Part shown: one piece after another, positions 57,137 through 64,000 of the stretch
Numbering within the stretch: the stretch's first letter is position 1
Layout: every line of letters starts with the position of its first letter
Assembly (NCBI GenBank): GCA_019057385.1
Contig: JAHQJS010000004.1
Coordinates: 160,001 to 224,000 of the forward strand
Source: Candidatus Borrarchaeum weybense
GTDB taxonomy: Archaea; Asgardarchaeota; Sifarchaeia; Borrarchaeales; Borrarchaeaceae
DNA: 64,000 bases
Direction of reading: 5' to 3'
Made by a program: the position numbers and the translations under genes
The notes under the pieces: model-generated
Databases searched by the model: none
The model's input: only the letters and a program-made list of their open reading frames with translations
Told to the model about the DNA's origin: nothing

Positions 57137-57955
57137 TTGGAAGGAAATCTAATGTCTTTTAAACTAGCTATCGTTGGCAAAGGGGGTGTAGGAAAGACCT
57201 TTTTAGCGGGAACTTTAGCAAGGTTATTTGCGAAAGATGGTAAAAATGTTCTTGCAATAGATGCCGATCCTAATTTAAATTTGCATGCAACATTAGGCGG
57301 TATTTCTAAAACAAAGATGAAAAACCTAACACCAATTCGCGAGATGAAAGACCTCATTGAGGAGAGGACGGGCGTTCCTGCAGGGACGTCAGGCATGTTT
57401 GTTCTAAATCCAAAAGTGGATGACATTCCTGATAAATATCATGTTAAATCCGAGGATGGAGTTAAACTTATTGTTCTTGGAACCATCAAGACTGCTGGAG
57501 GCGGCTGTATCTGTCCAGAAAGTGCTCTTTTGCGCGCATTGTTAAGCCACATTATTTTACATCGCGACGAAGTTGTTATAATAGACTTTTATGCAGGTCT
57601 TGAGCATTTAGGGCGAGGCACAAGTAAAGGCGTTGACGCTATGATAATTGTCGTGGAACCAGGAACTAGATCGCTCGATCTAGCAAAAAGAATCAATTCT
57701 CTTGCAGCAAGTCTTGGAGTCCCTCGACGTTATTTCGTTGGAAATAGAATTTCAAATAAACAAGAAGAGGAATTCCTGCTTAATTCAAGCAAAGAGTTAG
57801 AATTGGAGTTATTGGGGCTCATCCCTTATGATACCGAAGTAATTCAATCCGATATTAAAGGCATAGCGCCAATTGACTTTGCCCCAGAATGCCCAGCGCT
57901 CGTTGCGATTCAAAACATCAAAGAAATACTAGAAAAGAAACTTGCTTCTCAGTGA
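57137..57955 (+). CDS. cooC: CO dehydrogenase/ACS nickel-insertion ATPase CooC/AcsF
   Basis: GKGGVGKT, IDADP, GGCICPE, AGLEHLGRGT. Confidence 0.9.
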   Translation: MEGNLMSFKLAIVGKGGVGKTFLAGTLARLFAKDGKNVLAIDADPNLNLHATLGGISKTKMKNLTPIREMKDLIEERTGVPAGTSGMFVLNPKVDDIPDKYHVKSEDGVKLIVLGTIKTAGGGCICPESALLRALLSHIILHRDEVVIIDFYAGLEHLGRGTSKGVDAMIIVVEPGTRSLDLAKRINSLAASLGVPRRYFVGNRISNKQEEEFLLNSSKELELELLGLIPYDTEVIQSDIKGIAPIDFAPECPALVAIQNIKEILEKKLASQ

Positions 57956-58084
57956 AATAAGAGCTATCGGGCAGAATTGAAGTATTGAACATCTAGATTT
58001 TTGCTAGGAGTAATTCATTTCAGGTATATCTAACGTATTGCTAGAGATAATACGAATATTAAATACTTCAATCTTAGTTTGTAA

Positions 58085-58798
58085 ATGTATAATCACTTTT
58101 TGACGGCGACAAAAATGACTCAATCTGAAATTGAAGTTGATGGAAACATCATTATCAATGGAAAGGCGTATCCTGCTATTGAACTTCTAAAAGCAATTAA
58201 CAGGTCAGTCGCACTTTCTTTCGATAATGAAACTGCACAATTGATACTTAATGATATGCCTATTAAGCCGGTTAATAGTTCTACAAGAAAAAACGTGTTT
58301 TCTCTTTTATGTTATCACAGCTTAGCGTATTGTTGCCCTAGAACTCATAAATGTGATAAACGTGACGCTACATTGAAAATGCTTAATATCTCGCCAGATG
58401 AGTATTCTCGTATTAAAGATGAGCATCATTCACTTTTTCTAGAATTTGAACACACGCATTCACATACCACTTACAGTGAGAATTCACCGTCACGTGTTGA
58501 TGATAATTTAGATCTTTCATCCTTTTTTGGTAGTCCAAATGAAGATTCAAAGACAGAAAAAGAAAATACAGAGGATTTCCTTAAGGAATTTCTCTCAGGG
58601 AATGATTTCGACAGCAATAGTATGTGGGATAGTTCTTTAAACCAAAATGAAGTCCGTTATGGAAGAAAAAATGTTCCTCCATCAACAGAAACAGGTTTAC
58701 GTAACTTGAGTTATTCTGGCAAATGTCCACGCTGTAGAAAGCGAAACTCTCCTGATGATAAATTCTGTTCTCGTTGTGGAGCGGAACTTAGAGATTAA
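58085..58798 (+). CDS. Protein with a methanogenesis-marker-9-like Cys cluster and C-terminal zinc ribbon
   Basis: CYHSLAYCC....CDKRD..L....ISPDEY..IK; C-terminal CPRC...FCSRCG. Confidence 0.65.
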   Translation: MYNHFLTATKMTQSEIEVDGNIIINGKAYPAIELLKAINRSVALSFDNETAQLILNDMPIKPVNSSTRKNVFSLLCYHSLAYCCPRTHKCDKRDATLKMLNISPDEYSRIKDEHHSLFLEFEHTHSHTTYSENSPSRVDDNLDLSSFFGSPNEDSKTEKENTEDFLKEFLSGNDFDSNSMWDSSLNQNEVRYGRKNVPPSTETGLRNLSYSGKCPRCRKRNSPDDKFCSRCGAELRD

Positions 58799-58933
58799 TA
58801 AGTTCTTAAATACTCTAAATTGCTCCCTAATCAGCCGTTTTTCAAGAATCATCCAATTGGCGAGACTCTATCCAAGTCTAGTAGCATGATCAACGAAGTG
58901 TGGTCTTATTCAACTAGTATACATTGAATCTTG

Positions 58934-59944
58934 TTAAGTTAATCCAAGATGGAGTTCTCGTCTCTCCTTGTAAGTCTGAGGGTAGCCCTCTAAAAGGAAC
59001 AGATACGTAGCATTAATGTCTGCTTTCATTTTTTCTAAAGTCTCAATTTCTGGGTCCGTAACTCCCCAATTGAAAATACTATACTTTCTTCCAATTCGAT
59101 TTAAATCGCGTGTGAAAGCTAATTCTGAAAGAACTCTTTCATAATCTGGGGTTTCAGGCTGTGGGAGTGTAGCTGTAAGCGGTAAAACATTGAATAATAA
59201 TTGATCTGCAATATCAGATAACTTCATCACGTCTTGTCCAAAAAATTTTTTAGCTCCTTCAATATAATCGGTTTCGGGGTCAATATCGACGGTAAGGAGA
59301 ACTTCAATATCTGGATTTAATTCCTTGATTGAACTTGTAGTGTTAGAAAGGAATGTAGTTATTTTATTGGCTCGCCATTCATACCATTGAGAAAGGATGT
59401 CCGGGTCATTGAGTAATGTATCAAACACGAATTCTCTCTCTAAGTTCGTTAATTCTGAAAATTCTTTTCTACATGTTTCACAAAAACAAAACTCTTGTCT
59501 AGCAAATTGATTATCCATCAGTATAATACCATTTATTGGATATGTGAGGATTTCCTTGATTACAGCCATAAGATATTTCCAGTACGACTCTTGGACGGGG
59601 CATACGAAAGTGCCTACGGGAGCTCTGGTAATACCAGATCTATATGCACCATATTTTGGATCCTGAGCAAAATAATTGTCTACAAAGGTTGAAACTATTG
59701 CATAAGCCTCTACGGCGATGTCAGAGGCAATCTGGGTAAAGGAAGAGAAAAATTCGGAATAGCGATCGTCGCTCGGTGCGCTCATACTTCTATAAAGTGT
59801 GTATCCAGTATCTCTCTTCGCCATTAACGCAATTCGCTCTAAAAAACTCCCATAACTCGCGAAAAACTCATCGGAAGTCTCTTTAAGCGTATAAGGGTCA
59901 AGTACGGGGATATGTCCTCTTGTTAATATTTCACGGAGTTCCAT
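58934..59944 (-). CDS. Glycoside-hydrolase-like TIM-barrel protein with Cys motif
   Basis: FVCP, FCFCETCRKEF, W.EWR..KIT, GQD pattern of GHL10-like families. Confidence 0.6.
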   Translation of the reverse strand: MELREILTRGHIPVLDPYTLKETSDEFFASYGSFLERIALMAKRDTGYTLYRSMSAPSDDRYSEFFSSFTQIASDIAVEAYAIVSTFVDNYFAQDPKYGAYRSGITRAPVGTFVCPVQESYWKYLMAVIKEILTYPINGIILMDNQFARQEFCFCETCRKEFSELTNLEREFVFDTLLNDPDILSQWYEWRANKITTFLSNTTSSIKELNPDIEVLLTVDIDPETDYIEGAKKFFGQDVMKLSDIADQLLFNVLPLTATLPQPETPDYERVLSELAFTRDLNRIGRKYSIFNWGVTDPEIETLEKMKADINATYLFLLEGYPQTYKERRELHLGLT

Positions 59945-60016
59945 AAGATCACCATTAATTAGAAATAAACCATAAGAGAACTATGCAATTCTTAGATTTA
60001 ACATTTTCCGTCTCTA

Positions 60017-63000
60017 TTACATAAAAAGGTCAAGTCTTCTTATACCGATAATAGATCCAAAATCTACGTTTAATGCGTCAAGAACCTGTGTGAAGATACT
60101 TTCAACATGTTTTTTGTATTTTTCTGTGTCTATTTCATCAATCGAAGCTATTTCAACAGGTTTTACACCAGGCTCCCCCCTCACCTTCACAAATGAAATA
60201 ATGCTACCAGGCTCGATGTCTCTGTTCAATAATCTTGCAGCCTTTACATGTTGAGGTGTCGTCTTTTGATAACTTTTCAAGTTTCTAGTCATTTGAACAC
60301 GAAATGCGAGTTCCTCTAATGAATATTCGAGATTTTTCAATTTATCTAGACATGTCTTTACTATCGTACGTATTTTGTTTCTAGCTATTTCGAAGTCATC
60401 TTGAACTTTTACTTCCGAAAGCACATTCATCATTTCGAAAAATGCGTCTTGAAGGAATAATGGAGTATGACGCTTTTTTCCCGTCAGTCCTTTAATATCC
60501 ACAGAGCCGCTTTCATATACACCTAGATAGTTCTTTTTTCTCCCTGAAAGAGCAACATATCTGTAAATCTTGTCAATATCTAAATCAATATCAAGAGTGT
60601 GTTTGCACCATTGCGTAAGTTCTTCGATTTGGGACTCTGAAGGATTTTCTAAGAATACAGAGTCAGTATCTCCATAGATAACAGAGATATCCATTTTCTG
60701 AGCCTTTTCGATAGTTTGTGTAATGATAAATCTTCCGAGAGCTGTTGTACTTTCAGCCACCGGCAGGCAATATAAGGGAAAGTGTTCTGCGCCAAAGACG
60801 CCATAGAACGCATTAATAATAAGCTTTAAGGCCTGTTGAATAACATAGTATAGTTCTTGTGTTTCTTTGCCTAACGTTTTGTTTTTTGACTGTGGCTTAA
60901 ACCATTTCAGTCTTATGTCTCTTAGAAATCCAATAATAAGACCTGCAAGGCCTCGTTGTTTTTTACAAACCCAATGGTCTGTATCCGGTATAAGATTTTG
61001 TTTACATTCTGGATGTGTACACCTTACAGTCTCATAACTAAGGTTATGGACTTTTATAATGGAAGGATACAAGCTATTTCCAGTTACAGCTGGCTTGCCA
61101 TTACGTCTGACAATAACAGTACTGTTAGGAACTGCAACACACCATACTTTTCCGAAATAATTCTCTCTTTGTATACGATTATGCTGACCGTTAAACACAT
61201 TTTTTCTTGTATAACTTAAAAGGCAGCGATAACTAACATGATCTTTGTATACGGTGTCAAAAATCTTACAATCTCGTACTTCTTTTCTTATTGCACAACC
61301 ATATCCGAGTCTAAGCGCAAGTTCTTGAAAATCGTTTGCTCTTTCCTTATATGTAGAGGAAAAAGAAAGACATTTTCCTTTATACCAACTTCCGTCTCCT
61401 AAAATCATGGAATCAAATAGAAGTTTTAAATGTTTTTTTTCAAATCCAAGAATTTTTCTTGGAATTCTCTTCTTATAAGAACCATTTTCTTCGATTAATC
61501 CTTTTTCTTTGACCAACCAGTTCTTAAATTCCCTTTTGAATTTAACATTGTGAATTTCGAATACTCTATGGTTTTTTCCACGCCTAGTATATTCATATTC
61601 TTTGAATGGAAAACCAAGATGTGTTAAAGCGGATCTTATGTGGTGAAAGTTTTTCGTTTTTGATTGAGAGATTTGAATACCTTTTGTTATAATAGATCCA
61701 TCAGTTAAGAACCATCCTAAAAAGGGAAGAAATTTCTCTGGCGAAAAAACATTATTTCCTATGATAATATTGTCAGACTTACCGACCCATTTGCCAAAAG
61801 AAGGAATTCTGAACCAACTGCGCTCGCTTAGTTCTTGTGCTTCTGCGAATTCAAGCTTATTTTCCCAAACCGTTTTTTTTCTTTCATTAGTTCTTCTGTT
61901 GAACACCACTCTATGATTTGGTGTAACTAGTAGATCTAAACCACCTTTGATTGAGAAATTATACATCTCTCCTTCGTAATCATACTCAAAAATCCTTTGA
62001 TGTTCTTGAAACTCTATCTCACCTGCAGAAATATTTACAGTTGCAATTTTTGGAGAACGATTAGTGTTCTTTAGTCTAGCTAATGTATGCCAGCCATCGT
62101 CTGTAAGTATTTCAGTATCTTCCGAAAAGCATGCAAAATCCAAGACAACAACGTCAAAATGAACGCCCGGCAAGGGGTCAATAACAATGGCACCTTTGTA
62201 TTTCTTTCCTTTTATTATTGCCTGCGTTGAAGCCTCTCCTCCTTTTGCCTCCTTGATGTCGTTTGGTAATGGGATCAGATAATCATTCTTTCTATGTTCA
62301 TAATAAAACAGATTTTGAATCCAAGAAGATACACTTTGACGCGTAACATCTTCAAGAGACAAATGGGAAATTCTCATCAGTAGCATTATCAATTTCCAGA
62401 CAAGGTTTTCACTATAGCGAGTAAGGTCTAAGGTAATCTTTCCATCTCTAAAGCAATAACTGGCTAAATCTAATAGAGGCAACTTCGAAAGTGGGTGCTC
62501 TACTTTTATTTTTTCGATGTCTAATAACGCTTTGGCTACGGTATTGAGGTCAGTAGTTTTATATTTTGCAGAGAATGCATATATCTGAACAGCTCGGTTG
62601 TTAAAGAACCTGTAAAGATCTACATGGATATTTCTCGACAGAGCAACAAAATCTTTTCTAATGATCAATGGGATGTCAGCTCTTCGAAATCCAAGGTGGT
62701 TAAGAGCCCGATAATACAAATAAGGCATATCGAATTTGTCACCATTATACGTTAAAATAACTGGATATTCGTTGAAGATCTGAAATATTTCTCGAAGAAG
62801 TTCTTTTTCCTTTGAAAAATACTCGATCCTTACATCTTCAAGGTTATCTTTGGCGTCTCCAATTTCCACATCTTTTCTTTCAAGGATTAGTATTCGCTTT
62901 TGCCCATCCGATGCTACAACAGAGACACACCCAACAGGGAAATTTGCTTGTTCAGGTCTTGGAATTGCGTCTGCAAAAGGTGAGATAACTTCAATATCAA

Positions 63001-63676
63001 TAGCCACACGTTTTATATCAGGTATGGGTGATAAAAAGAGAGATACATTCTCTTCCAGCAGTTCTTTCACTTCTTTTGGTTCATCTTCAAATAGTCGCCT
63101 AATTTCTTCTTTAATCTCTGCCGGCACGATTGCTGCGCTATTAAGCTGGTTATCAAAGACTTCATAAGGCAAACCGGGTGTTAACTCTAAATCCGCTATG
63201 TAACATTTGTGATATGGAATATTTGCTTCCCACGCCGTTGGTAGTAACTCTCGAATAGCCCCTGTTCTCCCACCTATTGCAAGTGGGTCTTTAGCAATTA
63301 TTTTTGTCATTTTTATAGACCTATCTTGCAAAAGATCCTTTTTTTCAACCGTTTCCATATCCAAAAATCCTGTATGGTTCGTTATCTTAGAGTTGTTTTT
63401 CAGCTCTTCAATGGAAATATTTGAAAAGCAATAAGGATGATGTTCTGAGTAGTCATGCCAGAAATAAATTGACTGATTTCTTGGATCATAAAATCGTGCC
63501 GCCGCACAACTAGTCTTTCCATCATATTCAACTGAAAGCAAAAAATCTGTCTTTTTAGTTGTTAGTTCTTTAGCCTCTAATTCAGTTATTTTCTCTTCTT
63601 TTGAGGATTTTTCTTTCTTTTTTTGTGGTTCATAAGATTCAAAAAACTGATCAAGTGTAGTTTCTGAGAAATCCAT
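60017..63676 (-). CDS. polB: Family B DNA polymerase (PolB1-type) containing one intein
   Basis: PolB1-like N-terminus FLLSVEYDG...HHPYC; Exo DIE and YNGDKFD; motif A LDFA|SLYPSII; KLIINAFYG; YGDTDS; KKNY. 867 aa without the intein. Confidence 0.95.
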   Translation of the reverse strand: MDFSETTLDQFFESYEPQKKKEKSSKEEKITELEAKELTTKKTDFLLSVEYDGKTSCAAARFYDPRNQSIYFWHDYSEHHPYCFSNISIEELKNNSKITNHTGFLDMETVEKKDLLQDRSIKMTKIIAKDPLAIGGRTGAIRELLPTAWEANIPYHKCYIADLELTPGLPYEVFDNQLNSAAIVPAEIKEEIRRLFEDEPKEVKELLEENVSLFLSPIPDIKRVAIDIEVISPFADAIPRPEQANFPVGCVSVVASDGQKRILILERKDVEIGDAKDNLEDVRIEYFSKEKELLREIFQIFNEYPVILTYNGDKFDMPYLYYRALNHLGFRRADIPLIIRKDFVALSRNIHVDLYRFFNNRAVQIYAFSAKYKTTDLNTVAKALLDIEKIKVEHPLSKLPLLDLASYCFRDGKITLDLTRYSENLVWKLIMLLMRISHLSLEDVTRQSVSSWIQNLFYYEHRKNDYLIPLPNDIKEAKGGEASTQAIIKGKKYKGAIVIDPLPGVHFDVVVLDFACFSEDTEILTDDGWHTLARLKNTNRSPKIATVNISAGEIEFQEHQRIFEYDYEGEMYNFSIKGGLDLLVTPNHRVVFNRRTNERKKTVWENKLEFAEAQELSERSWFRIPSFGKWVGKSDNIIIGNNVFSPEKFLPFLGWFLTDGSIITKGIQISQSKTKNFHHIRSALTHLGFPFKEYEYTRRGKNHRVFEIHNVKFKREFKNWLVKEKGLIEENGSYKKRIPRKILGFEKKHLKLLFDSMILGDGSWYKGKCLSFSSTYKERANDFQELALRLGYGCAIRKEVRDCKIFDTVYKDHVSYRCLLSYTRKNVFNGQHNRIQRENYFGKVWCVAVPNSTVIVRRNGKPAVTGNSLYPSIIKVHNLSYETVRCTHPECKQNLIPDTDHWVCKKQRGLAGLIIGFLRDIRLKWFKPQSKNKTLGKETQELYYVIQQALKLIINAFYGVFGAEHFPLYCLPVAESTTALGRFIITQTIEKAQKMDISVIYGDTDSVFLENPSESQIEELTQWCKHTLDIDLDIDKIYRYVALSGRKKNYLGVYESGSVDIKGLTGKKRHTPLFLQDAFFEMMNVLSEVKVQDDFEIARNKIRTIVKTCLDKLKNLEYSLEELAFRVQMTRNLKSYQKTTPQHVKAARLLNRDIEPGSIISFVKVRGEPGVKPVEIASIDEIDTEKYKKHVESIFTQVLDALNVDFGSIIGIRRLDLFM
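61076..62131 (-). mobile_element. Intein with LAGLIDADG homing endonuclease (352 aa) in polymerase motif A
   Basis: Starts CFSEDTEILT, block B VTPNHR, LAGLIDADG-like FLGWFLTDGS and LFDSMILGDGS, ends VTGN followed by Ser+1. Confidence 0.93.
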
Positions 63677-63714
63677 GTATTTCTCCTCAAAGTTATTTCT
63701 AATTCTGAAATCAA

Positions 63715-64000
63715 CTATCTTTATTTGAAGCGTTCCTTAATATTTTTTCAATTCTATCAATAACGTTTTGCCAACGATATTTCTCTACATTTTCTAAACT
63801 TTTTTCCACGAATTTATTGTACGTTTGTTTATCGTCAATAAGTCGCAAGATCTCATTCTTTAACGAAACCTCATTATTTGGTTCAAATACGACTCCTCCC
63901 AGACCAATCGTTTCAGCAATTGCCGTACAATCTGAGCCAATAACAGGTGACCCACATGCTTGAGCTTCTAAAATCGGTAACCCAAACCCTTCGTAGAGAC
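63715..64000 (-). CDS. GT4 glycosyltransferase, C-terminal part (runs off the window)
   Basis: Manual translation SLYEGFGLPILEAQACGSPVIGSD...YRWQNVIDRIEKILRNASNKR*. Confidence 0.88.

Noticed and set aside
564-63167. Numerous short ORF-track entries overlapping longer genes on the opposite strand or in another frame
   Set aside because: Shadow ORFs without motifs or SD signals; the overlapping long ORFs carry clear family signatures.

Overview
Chromosomal window from an AT-rich archaeon, most likely an Asgard archaeon. This is inferred from several eukaryotic-signature genes (two ESCRT-III paralogues, a steadiness-box protein, ubiquitin E1/E2, a longin-domain protein, a Sec23/24-like Zn-finger/vWA protein) together with archaeal PolB1, AroA'/AroB' and a tRNA with BHB introns. 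Left to right it holds: the 3' part of a type I cas3, an inverted cas6 and a 3-repeat degenerate CRISPR mini-array; an aspartate/aromatic amino-acid cluster (lysC-aroA'-aroB' divergent from ACT-hom, plus thrC); a stand-alone TnpB; assorted metabolic genes; membrane glycosyltransferases; an ESCRT neighbourhood; two interrupted tRNAs; an E2-E1 pair; and intein-containing PolB1. The strongest signals missed by the ORF track are: (1) an 18-aa leader peptide with 9 Trp/Tyr/Phe residues directly upstream of the aromatic-biosynthesis operon, a candidate archaeal attenuator; (2) a hidden UGA-containing HesB-like/CC-Se selenoprotein with a eukaryote-type SECIS in its 3' UTR; (3) an intact solitary CRISPR repeat 2 nt after the stop codon of the Sec23/24-like gene, facing an inverted partial copy; (4) a sua5/tsaC gene that apparently starts at AUU; (5) an unannotated ~76-nt structured RNA with its own TATA box upstream of a methyltransferase; (6) a tRNA-Thr interrupted at position 8/9. 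All family assignments are by-eye motif recognition, not database searches.
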